Program-made: the position numbers and the translations under genes
Notes under the pieces: model-generated
Databases searched by the model: none
Told to the model about the DNA's origin: nothing
Seen by the model: only the letters and a program-made list of their open reading frames with translations
Assembly (NCBI GenBank): GCA_046329925.1
Contig: JAXLTS010000010.1
Coordinates: 51,836 to 115,835 of the forward strand
DNA: 64,000 bases
DNA from: Bacteroidales bacterium
GTDB lineage: Bacteria > Bacteroidota > Bacteroidia > Bacteroidales > JAAYUG01
Reading direction: 5' to 3'
Shown: piece after piece, positions 53,942 through 62,371 of the stretch
How positions within the stretch are numbered: position 1 is the first letter of the stretch
How the letters are laid out: every line of letters begins with the position of its first letter

Positions 53942-54910
53942 ATGAAAAGATTGTATTTATTATTCCTTTCCCTGGGACTTGTTCAGTTAAGCTCTGCCCA
54001 AACTGAAAAGCAATACCTGCCTTCAGAATTGAAGCAGAAAACGGTGATAATGGAACCGCCCACTTTGTATAAGGGTTTCTTCAAGGCAGGCCTCACGTAT
54101 TCCTGGACAAGCGTTAGTTCCTGGTTTGATGCCGATGGTAAAAAGAATCCCGTTCCCGGAAGCGGATACTACGCCACCCGAAGCCTCTCGGCTGATTTTC
54201 GTTATGGAATCACCGATCAGATAACGGTACACCTGGGAGTTCCCTATATGTTTATGCACATGTACCAGTCAGTTGAACAACGCCTGAATATGAGTGATCA
54301 GGTATTTCTGAAAAATTGGGACCGGAAAGGATATGGACTTGGGGATGTCGATTTAGGCGCCGATTTCCAGCTTATTACCGAAACGGAGAACAAGCCGGCT
54401 ATCACACTTAAGACTTTTGTGATGTTTCCTACCGGGGAGAAAAACCCAACAGACAGCATCAGTCAGTATGAATTCAAAGAACCCACGGGAGGGGGAGAAT
54501 ACAGCGTGATGGGAATCCTGCAAACCAGAAAAGTAGTTTATCCATGGTATCTGGACCTTTCCCTGTATTACACTCATTACCTCGGCGGGGAAAAAATGCA
54601 GGCCCTTGGTGAACCTGAAACAGGATTCAAAAACGGGGATCTCAGCCAGGTTGCAGCAACGATTGGATACCAGGTAAACGACTGGATCTGCCTTAATAAC
54701 ATGGTTTCTTTCAATTTGAAAAATCCGAGTGAATATGACGATCCCAACTATGCTTACCTGGAATATAAATCTCGCTCACTGGAGTATTATTTCTACTTGT
54801 ATTTTCAGATCAAACGCCTCAGGTTGGTGCAATCTGTTTATGTTCCTATCCGCGGACAAAGCTGGGGAGCCGATCCAGGATATTTTATCATGATGAGTTA
54901 TGCATTCTAG
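53942..54910 (+). CDS. putative outer-membrane beta-barrel transporter-like protein
   Basis: 322 aa with a signal peptide (LFLSLGLVQLSSAQ). The strand pattern and the C-terminal ...MMSYAF (terminal Phe) are typical of OMPs. Any similarity to MetA/phenol-degradation-type barrels is a guess. Confidence 0.6.
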   Translation: MKRLYLLFLSLGLVQLSSAQTEKQYLPSELKQKTVIMEPPTLYKGFFKAGLTYSWTSVSSWFDADGKKNPVPGSGYYATRSLSADFRYGITDQITVHLGVPYMFMHMYQSVEQRLNMSDQVFLKNWDRKGYGLGDVDLGADFQLITETENKPAITLKTFVMFPTGEKNPTDSISQYEFKEPTGGGEYSVMGILQTRKVVYPWYLDLSLYYTHYLGGEKMQALGEPETGFKNGDLSQVAATIGYQVNDWICLNNMVSFNLKNPSEYDDPNYAYLEYKSRSLEYYFYLYFQIKRLRLVQSVYVPIRGQSWGADPGYFIMMSYAF

Positions 54911-57704
54911 AATTTTCCCGGGAGTCTGGCTCCTGGCTATAGGTACGCTCTGCCTGGTTTCCTGCCAGACAGCCTCCAACCTCGTAACACAGGAACAACA
55001 GGCTGGGGATGCGAAAAACAATGCGGGAGAATTTCAGCAGGCCATCGATCACTACCAGAAGTCCCTGGAGGCAAGCATGAAACTCGGGGTGTATCGGAAT
55101 ACCGAAATGGAAGCACAGGTATGCCGCAAAGTTTCACAAGCCTACCAGACATTGGGGAAATATAAGGATGCCATGGTATTTATCGGGTATGCTTCCACCC
55201 TCGATTCAATAAATAAAAATCCGCTCAGGCTGATAAACGATCAGCGGGAAAAAGGACGCATCCTGCTTATGCAGGGAGATCTGCTTAAAGGCATAGATGA
55301 GTTGAATAAATCTCTTGTCATGTCCGCCGGCCTCGAGTCGAGCCTGAAAGATCAGAACCGACTTGTGAATGCCGAAGTTCAGCTGGCACTGGCTCATGCA
55401 TACCTCGTTGTAGGCCGGATAGAAGAAGCCAGAAGTTTTGCCCTCGGAGCACAGGAAATATATACCGCTGCCAACCGGCTGGAAGGTCAGGCTGAATGCC
55501 AGCTACTGCTTGGGAGTATCATGAGCGACAAGGGAGCTGTCGGTCGCGCTGCACAACATCTGGAACAATCGATACAGGTGGCTGAACGCGCAGGATTGAA
55601 CACTGCCCGCCAATATAAGGCTTTAAGTGAAAACCTGCTCCTGATGGGAGAATATGAGAAAGCTCTCCGGTATGCGATCAGGTCGAAAAACAAAGCGGAT
55701 TCCGCAGGTATCAAACCCCAGCAGGTATGGGCCCAGGTAGGCATTGGCGATGTATACCGGTTGATGGGAGATGAAGAAAAGGCCACTGAGATCTATTATC
55801 AGGCCCTGGAACTCACTGGCGATGGGCTCGAATCCAACCGGGCCATGAAGGCTTCTGTGGACTGGCGCCTGGGCAATGTTTTGGAGGCAAAAGAATACTT
55901 CGGCTCACAGGAATCGAGGCTCGCACTGGCACTTACGCTTTTAAGAATAGGAGACATTTATCTTAAACAGGAACAGACCGACAGCGCTCTGAATAATTTC
56001 CGGGAAGCATATATTGCCTTTGAAAAGGCTGCTTCAAAGGAAGGGATGGTCCGTTCAGGACTTTTCATGACCCGCACCTTCCTTGATGGAGGCCAAAACC
56101 AGAACGCAGCAGAAACGCTCGATGAGGCTGCAAAAGAAAATAAAAACCCCGATCTGAATTGGATGATCTATTATCTTCAGGGCCGTTATTTTGAGAACAC
56201 AGGAGAAAAAGATCGTGCTGCAGAAGCTTATCGGAAATCAATAGAGGAAATTGAGAATTTCCGATCCCGATTTTCCACTGATGAGCTGAAAAGTTCTTAC
56301 ATGAACAATAAAATGGAAGTTTACGACAGGCTCATCCGGCTGCTGATGGAACAGGGAGATAAACTGGAGGCCCTGCGATATGCAGAAAGGGGAAAAGCAA
56401 GGGCATTTCTTGATTTACTCGGTAATAAAAAAGTCGGATTGAAAAATAACAAACCCAGTCCGCTTATCGAGAAAGAACAAGCCCTGTCCTCACAAATACT
56501 TCTTCTGAAAAAACAATATAACAAGAGTTTATTTGATGATGAATCCGTTGAAGAAAATCGTGCCAGCAGAGCCGTTATCGGAGAAGAACTCACCAGGGCA
56601 CAGGAACAGTATACCCAACTGCTTCTCGAGATAAAATTAAATGACCCTGCATACCATTCACTGGTAAGTGTGGAGCCTGCCAATATCGAATCCATACAGG
56701 AAACCATTGATAACTCGGAAGTACTTTTGGAATACTGGACCGGTGCCGGTAATACTACCCTCTGGCTTATCCGGAAAAATGATGTGCAGGCTATCACCCT
56801 TCCAAAAACCGCAACAGAAGTGAACCGGTACGTGGAGAATTACCGCGATGCAATCCAGTCCATTTCCCTTACAACAACCTCCCTGGCAAAACGGGGCTTT
56901 GAATGGTTGTTGAAGCCGGTTGCTCCCCTTATTAAGAAGAATGAGGTGATAGGTATCATACCCCATGGAGCGCTGCACCTCCTCCCCTTTCAGGCACTAA
57001 TGAATGAGGATGGAAAATACCTGGCAGAGACAAATATTCTCTTCTATGCTCCTTCCGCTTCAGTATATTACGAAAATAAAAAGAAGGCTCCGGTGAAAGG
57101 AGATAACCTGCTGGCAATGGGGCTTGGAAAAATAAACATCGGAATTTTCCCCGGTTTGCCAGGAACTCAAAGAGAAGTGGAGGGAATAAGTAATATCTGG
57201 CCCGGCATTAAAATAGCTATGGAGAAAGAGAGCACGGAGGGATTACTGAAAGCATCCGCCTCCGGCTACCAGTACCTGCACCTGGCTACTCACGGATATT
57301 TCAATGAGAACCAGCCTACCTATTCCTTTCTTCTGTTTTCTCCGACTGAGGAAGAAGACGGTCAACTAACAGTTAACGAAGTGTTCGGACTGTCACTGAA
57401 CACACGTATTGTAACCATGAGCGCTTGTCAGACCGGCCTGGGTAAGATTAATGCAGGTGATGAACTCGTGGGACTGAGCAGGGCCTTTCTTTATGCCGGC
57501 AGTCGCTCGGTACTTGCCAGTCTATGGAATGTAGCTGACGAGTCTACTGCTGTTCTGATGACAGATTTTTACACCTACCTTCGGTCGTTCAACCAACAGG
57601 AAGCCCTCACCATGGCTGAACGTCAGTTAATGAAACGCTGGCCGGCACCTTATTACTGGGCCCCGTTCCAGATTATCGGGAATGAGGTACCATTTGAAAA
57701 ATAA
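54900..57704 (+). CDS. TPR repeat-containing CHAT domain lipoprotein (caspase-fold protease)
   Basis: 934 aa with the lipobox CLVSC. About 600 aa are TPR-like helical repeats. The C-terminal CHAT motifs are IIPHGALHLLPF, YLHLATHGYF (His codon 57291-57293) and VTMSACQTG (Cys codon 57426-57428). It overlaps the upstream gene by 11 nt. Confidence 0.85.
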   Translation: MHSRIFPGVWLLAIGTLCLVSCQTASNLVTQEQQAGDAKNNAGEFQQAIDHYQKSLEASMKLGVYRNTEMEAQVCRKVSQAYQTLGKYKDAMVFIGYASTLDSINKNPLRLINDQREKGRILLMQGDLLKGIDELNKSLVMSAGLESSLKDQNRLVNAEVQLALAHAYLVVGRIEEARSFALGAQEIYTAANRLEGQAECQLLLGSIMSDKGAVGRAAQHLEQSIQVAERAGLNTARQYKALSENLLLMGEYEKALRYAIRSKNKADSAGIKPQQVWAQVGIGDVYRLMGDEEKATEIYYQALELTGDGLESNRAMKASVDWRLGNVLEAKEYFGSQESRLALALTLLRIGDIYLKQEQTDSALNNFREAYIAFEKAASKEGMVRSGLFMTRTFLDGGQNQNAAETLDEAAKENKNPDLNWMIYYLQGRYFENTGEKDRAAEAYRKSIEEIENFRSRFSTDELKSSYMNNKMEVYDRLIRLLMEQGDKLEALRYAERGKARAFLDLLGNKKVGLKNNKPSPLIEKEQALSSQILLLKKQYNKSLFDDESVEENRASRAVIGEELTRAQEQYTQLLLEIKLNDPAYHSLVSVEPANIESIQETIDNSEVLLEYWTGAGNTTLWLIRKNDVQAITLPKTATEVNRYVENYRDAIQSISLTTTSLAKRGFEWLLKPVAPLIKKNEVIGIIPHGALHLLPFQALMNEDGKYLAETNILFYAPSASVYYENKKKAPVKGDNLLAMGLGKINIGIFPGLPGTQREVEGISNIWPGIKIAMEKESTEGLLKASASGYQYLHLATHGYFNENQPTYSFLLFSPTEEEDGQLTVNEVFGLSLNTRIVTMSACQTGLGKINAGDELVGLSRAFLYAGSRSVLASLWNVADESTAVLMTDFYTYLRSFNQQEALTMAERQLMKRWPAPYYWAPFQIIGNEVPFEK

Positions 57705-57729
57705 AGGGTGTTTTCGAATAAAATTTTCT

Positions 57730-58104
57730 ACCACAGAGGACAGAAGGTATATCACTCCGCGTGCCGCCGTGCGCCTCCACTGAAGTTTTCGCATCCGCTA
57801 AAGCTACTGCGAACGCGGACAGCGCAAGCCTAAGCTCCAGCGGAGGAGCAAAGGGTTTCACAAAGATGCAGACACTTTGCGATCAGGAAGGTTAAATTCC
57901 CATTATCCGGGCTTAATGATTTTTCGCCTCTTCAGAGGTAAACATCCGCGAAATTCTTACAACATCTGAATACTCAAATTACTTGAATAATAAGGCTGGT
58001 GCCATGAAAATCCGAGTGAATTATCGCCGGCGATCTGCAAATAAATACTAATCCGCACTGACTTCGTGAATCCCTCCGTGATATCCTCTGTGATCCTTTG
58101 TGGT
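57730..58104. repeat. MITE-like non-coding element bounded by imperfect ~26-nt inverted repeats
   Basis: The left end is ACCACAGAGGACAGAAGGTATATCAC (57730-57755). The reverse complement of the right end (58078-58104) is ACCACAAAGGATCACAGAGGATATCAC. The interior has no credible ORF. Confidence 0.5.
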
Positions 58105-58261
58105 TGTCCTTTTTATCCGCCTGGTATAACCGATCTCCATCAAGAAAACGTAAGAGTTAATCCCTGTCTGAATTGCTGGTTGCAAAGCAAATTATTTGCC
58201 TGAATTACAATAAAGTTATTCAAACTTAAGTTTATCTGTGAAAACCAATTAAATCCCGGTC

Positions 58262-58891
58262 ATGAAAAAATTAACTTTCCTGTACCTGATTTCTATTGCT
58301 TTTCAAGGTACCATTATGGCACAAACCAGTTTCGGAGTATCCACCGGTGCTTCTACCTGGTGGGCCAAGTGCAACAAACCAATTGTAAGCAGTGAGGTTT
58401 CGCCTGATTTCAATCTTGGTTTGTTTTTTGAGTATCCGATATTTAAGAATCTGTTCCTTAAAACTGAATTTGACTATGCCTATTTAATAAAAAACTACAG
58501 CTATAAAGCAGTTGTGGATTCAGTAAATTGGGTAATTGTGGGTGATGAAGAATCAGCTACAAATTATCAGCAATTCTCAGTTCAAACCCAGGTTGCAATT
58601 AAACTGGGTGCCTTTAAACCATTTATTGGAACCGAATACTCGTATAGAATATCTGAGTCGTGGCTTAATAAAAGTATTAGTTCCTTTGGCCTTACGGGAG
58701 GTGTAAATTATCTGGTATCCGATCGACTTTCACTAGGTTTGAGATATTACCAGGGCTTGACAAAAGATTATGAGTATAGCGGTTCGATTGTAAATCCGAT
58801 AAATGACGAATATATTGGAGAATATCATAATTATTGGAAAAGCCGCAATATTGGAATAATCCTCAATTATTCAATCGGGAGTAAGGAATAA
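58262..58891 (+). CDS. outer-membrane beta-barrel (porin-family-like) protein
   Basis: 209 aa with a signal peptide (ISIAFQGTIMAQ) and an 8-strand-size alternating pattern. Confidence 0.65.
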   Translation: MKKLTFLYLISIAFQGTIMAQTSFGVSTGASTWWAKCNKPIVSSEVSPDFNLGLFFEYPIFKNLFLKTEFDYAYLIKNYSYKAVVDSVNWVIVGDEESATNYQQFSVQTQVAIKLGAFKPFIGTEYSYRISESWLNKSISSFGLTGGVNYLVSDRLSLGLRYYQGLTKDYEYSGSIVNPINDEYIGEYHNYWKSRNIGIILNYSIGSKE

Positions 58892-58944
58892 GAGAATGTT
58901 CTTTACCTAATAGACTATCAAGAATTGAACCGAATTACCACCAT

Positions 58945-61524
58945 TTATAATCCATTATCAATCACTACCGTTGCATCCTGATCCGGGCTGGTAACAGGGT
59001 AAACGAGGGCATCACCGGTGATGTCGACTTCAATATGGTATTCAAAATCCTTGTTCCCGTATTCTTCCGGGCTGAGCACAAGTTGCCATACTCCGCGTGA
59101 GGTTTTCACCAACGCCCTTTCCTTGTATTGATCTTTCCCCAGTTTTCTCCAATAAAGCACAGGAACAGAATTTTCATCCACACCCAGCAACATTATTTTC
59201 AAGCGAAAGGGCTCACCTGCCGATAACAGGCTTCGCCTTACAGGAACGATAATTCTCGGATCTCCACGGTAAGCCTTCTCCATAGCCGGCAGAGTTTGCA
59301 CTTCTCCCATGAGGGAATCGATAGCCTGATCATACTTCGTTAAAAGTTTCATCTGGCCCAGGTTGTGCATCTCAAGATTTGCAATCGTGCCCATCTCTCC
59401 GCTGGTACCTGCAATGGACAGCAGAAGATCCATCGTATGTCCCCATATTGTATAAATGCTGTCACGCAGAGGCAGTATATTTTCCCTGATTAATTGCCTC
59501 TGATCTTCCAGGGCAGCTTCTTTCCCGAGCAGGGTAACCTGTCGGTCAATACTACCCAGCAGACATCCCATCTGAGCCAGGCTTCTCGCATAACGAAAGG
59601 TATTAAGCCAGTAACTATATCGTTCCCTGGCTCCGGCCCCTGTGATTCTTTCGCTGAGATCTTCAAAATCATCTACAAAGGCAAACTGCGGGCTTACCGA
59701 TTCCCAGGACCGGTAATCCGGTTTCACCCCTCCGGGACCCGTCATTGCCCAATCGGAGGTGCGTGGGAGGTTGGACACCCGTTGGTTTTTACCGGGGATA
59801 AAAAGTGGTCCCCCGTCAATAGTGGAAAAGATAGCGGCAATCTTATCCGCCACTTCGACCCCGAAATTTGCTCTGGCAAAGTCGAGATAAAAGGCGGAGG
59901 TGTTCAGGTCGCGGTCAGTTGGCTGTAAGGTAGTATCCAACTGGTGAGCATGCCAGCCCGCATATTCCAGGGCGCCAAAGGCAGGGGCCAGATTCTGGGT
60001 ACGCCAGTGAATGCCCATCATTCCGGTACAACCGTACCGCATGGCATCCCATGCATCGCGCAGCACCCTTCCGGCCCAGAGCTGCGGTGAAATAAGTCCC
60101 GGGTCGTCCTCCAGCCAGCTGATCTGCCATTTCTCCCTGCCCTTTATATCAGCAAAGCCAGGTTCCACCGGTGAAAATCCAACTTCGCGGTTAATGCAAC
60201 TAAATGGGATATCCTTTGGCAGTATCCTGTCGAATGCAGCCCTGTCGTTGGGAGGACCCAGCACCCATCCGCAGGTTGCCAGATTAAAAGGTGCTTTGGT
60301 ACGGTAGGCTGCTTCCATCGCCAGCATCATATCTTTTTCGGTGGCTTTAACCTGTTTGGCATCTGCTCCACTCCAGGTCCAGTTCTCCGGGGTCCACATC
60401 CAATAATAATCGAGGGGATGAAGTTTTCGTATTCGTGTAAATATTCCTTCATACACTAACCTGGTTGCCTCCGCAGAAGCAGGATCTATTCCCATGGTCC
60501 TTAGCTGGTCCTTCACCAGGGCAGGGATGACAAGAGGAGTCTCCGTGCCTATGCAGGTTTTCACCCCCAGGCGTTGAGCAAGTGTGAACACTTCTTTCTG
60601 CCAGCTTCCGAATTCATTAAACACGGCAATGTTTGCTTCGGGGCTGTGCGGCCAACTCCCCGCGCCTCTCATATAGCCGGCTCCATAATCATCCTCTTCA
60701 AATAGCTGCGATGCCCCATACGAGAAGTCTGATGTTTTCTTCCTGAAATATCCCCAGCTGCTGTCACCGGTATGTGAATGCATCACCGGGTAGGCTGTTT
60801 TTACAGTACCATCCTCATTTATGTTTTCCTTCAACCCGATCCAGACCATGGGTTCTGCCCGCGACCAGCCACCAAATTCACTTTCAGGATAAGTATGAAA
60901 TCCGATGAAGTTCATGCGCATCCTCGCCAGTTGGGTAACCACCGATTTATATTCATCAAGGCTCCACCAGTCGGGCCCCTCCGGAAAATCATGGAAGGGT
61001 TGTATTCCACGCATGGAAAAAGCTGGTGTCTCCATCATCGAAACGGAATCGATGATCACGCTGTACTGCAGGTCGGGAATTACATCTCCATGCGGATAGA
61101 AGCGCACTCCCAGACTTTCGATGTACCGGTATACCGCATAAAAAACAGCCTGGTCGGAACCGCCGGTGAGGAGCAGGAAGGTCTTTCCATTTTTATCAAA
61201 GGATCGAATCAAAAGCGATTGCGGTGTTAATTGCATATCTGACTTGTTTATGCTTTCGGGAACAAGAGAACCCAGTACCGTATCCCCGGGAAAACAAATC
61301 AGGTAGCCTCCCTTATCCACCTGGCTAATAGTTTTTATGTCCTTGATTGGGAGCAGCCTGCCCGATACAAGATAGATATAACGGCGTAACTCCTTTGCTG
61401 CCAGTTGCTGGTTAACCGATGTGCCGGCTGAAATATAGATTTCATTATCCTGTGTGTAGGTGCAGGACGCCATCAACAGGCCAAGCAGACAGAAATATAA
61501 TAGTGATCGGACATAGGATCGCAT
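58945..61524 (-). CDS. putative exported glycoside hydrolase, family unassigned
   Basis: The start is set at Met38 (MRSYVRSLLYFCLLGLLMASC, lipobox). The N-terminal domain carries an AAKELRRYIYLVSG-type motif seen in GH20b/GH67N-like folds. A TIM-barrel-like middle follows (FSMRGIQPFHDFPEGPDWW...NFIGFHTYPE). The function call is weak. Confidence 0.45.
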   Translation of the reverse strand: MRSYVRSLLYFCLLGLLMASCTYTQDNEIYISAGTSVNQQLAAKELRRYIYLVSGRLLPIKDIKTISQVDKGGYLICFPGDTVLGSLVPESINKSDMQLTPQSLLIRSFDKNGKTFLLLTGGSDQAVFYAVYRYIESLGVRFYPHGDVIPDLQYSVIIDSVSMMETPAFSMRGIQPFHDFPEGPDWWSLDEYKSVVTQLARMRMNFIGFHTYPESEFGGWSRAEPMVWIGLKENINEDGTVKTAYPVMHSHTGDSSWGYFRKKTSDFSYGASQLFEEDDYGAGYMRGAGSWPHSPEANIAVFNEFGSWQKEVFTLAQRLGVKTCIGTETPLVIPALVKDQLRTMGIDPASAEATRLVYEGIFTRIRKLHPLDYYWMWTPENWTWSGADAKQVKATEKDMMLAMEAAYRTKAPFNLATCGWVLGPPNDRAAFDRILPKDIPFSCINREVGFSPVEPGFADIKGREKWQISWLEDDPGLISPQLWAGRVLRDAWDAMRYGCTGMMGIHWRTQNLAPAFGALEYAGWHAHQLDTTLQPTDRDLNTSAFYLDFARANFGVEVADKIAAIFSTIDGGPLFIPGKNQRVSNLPRTSDWAMTGPGGVKPDYRSWESVSPQFAFVDDFEDLSERITGAGARERYSYWLNTFRYARSLAQMGCLLGSIDRQVTLLGKEAALEDQRQLIRENILPLRDSIYTIWGHTMDLLLSIAGTSGEMGTIANLEMHNLGQMKLLTKYDQAIDSLMGEVQTLPAMEKAYRGDPRIIVPVRRSLLSAGEPFRLKIMLLGVDENSVPVLYWRKLGKDQYKERALVKTSRGVWQLVLSPEEYGNKDFEYHIEVDITGDALVYPVTSPDQDATVVIDNGL

Positions 61525-61634
61525 GGTGTGGAAGTTTAAGAATCGTGTATAAAGATAATGAGTGAGCGGAAGAATACAAAACACAAGGGGAGAAACGGCG
61601 TGACCGTTTCTCCCCTTTAAAATTTCATCAGGCA

Positions 61635-62342
61635 CTATTTTACTTCTGCCTTCTCCAGAAGAACTTCAAAGAAGTACCCTGAACCGAGATCCTTATCGAG
61701 CACAATGGTTCCCCGCAGGCTCACCTCGTCTCCCAGATTGAGAAATGCATCGGAGGTAACGGTAAGGTCGGTGGGTTTGCCGTCTTTTGTACCATCTGTG
61801 ATATGATACCAGTTGGTTCCAAGAATACCCGAGTTCGCCTTGGTAATCTTTCCCTTTACAATCACCTGTTTGCCTTTCAGTTCATTCTTCTTTGCAATGA
61901 CATCACTGATGGACATGGTCCCTTCGGGAACTGCCCCGGTGGTACTCTCTTTTGGAGCAGTTGCGGGAACACTTCCTGCTTCTGCACCACTTTCCCCGGG
62001 AGAACTGAACACGGAAGGATCAGCACTTATCCGGTCAATAAACAAAATGGATTCAAAGGTGCGTTTCAGATCCTTGCTCTCGAAGTTCTTCATCTCAAAA
62101 CCTGTGGCAAAATAAAGAACATCTCCTTCCTTCACATCCATATGTGTAACAGCAAGCCATTGATCTTTTCCGTCTTTATCCGCATTCAGATAAGTATACC
62201 TTTCCGTTTGAATAACTTCCTTCACGGTTACCTTCTGAAGTCCTTCAGCAGCGGGATTTTCCTTTTTACCTCCGCTACATGAAAAAAGGGTAACAGTCAA
62301 AATGACCAGGAAGATTGCCTTTGTTTTTCTCAAATATTTCAT
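61635..62342 (-). CDS. hypothetical lipoprotein (possible OB-fold C-terminal half)
   Basis: 235 aa with the lipobox LFSC. The C-terminal segment GKQVIVKGKITKANSGILGTNWYHITDG resembles OB-fold binders. It lies immediately downstream of ccsA. Confidence 0.55.
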   Translation of the reverse strand: MKYLRKTKAIFLVILTVTLFSCSGGKKENPAAEGLQKVTVKEVIQTERYTYLNADKDGKDQWLAVTHMDVKEGDVLYFATGFEMKNFESKDLKRTFESILFIDRISADPSVFSSPGESGAEAGSVPATAPKESTTGAVPEGTMSISDVIAKKNELKGKQVIVKGKITKANSGILGTNWYHITDGTKDGKPTDLTVTSDAFLNLGDEVSLRGTIVLDKDLGSGYFFEVLLEKAEVK

Positions 62343-62371
62343 ACTATCCGTTTTAAAATTATTTCTGTTGT

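Noticed and set aside
52856-54910. Gasdermin-like substrate genes upstream of the CHAT protease.
   Set aside because: Both proteins have cleavable signal peptides and beta-barrel OMP features, and one ends in a terminal Phe. Bacterial gasdermins are cytoplasmic and lack signals.
57673-57861. 62-aa ORF on the minus strand after the CHAT gene.
   Set aside because: It overlaps the CHAT stop and the left terminus of the inverted-repeat element. Its composition is Ala/Arg-rich, consistent with a GC-rich non-coding segment.
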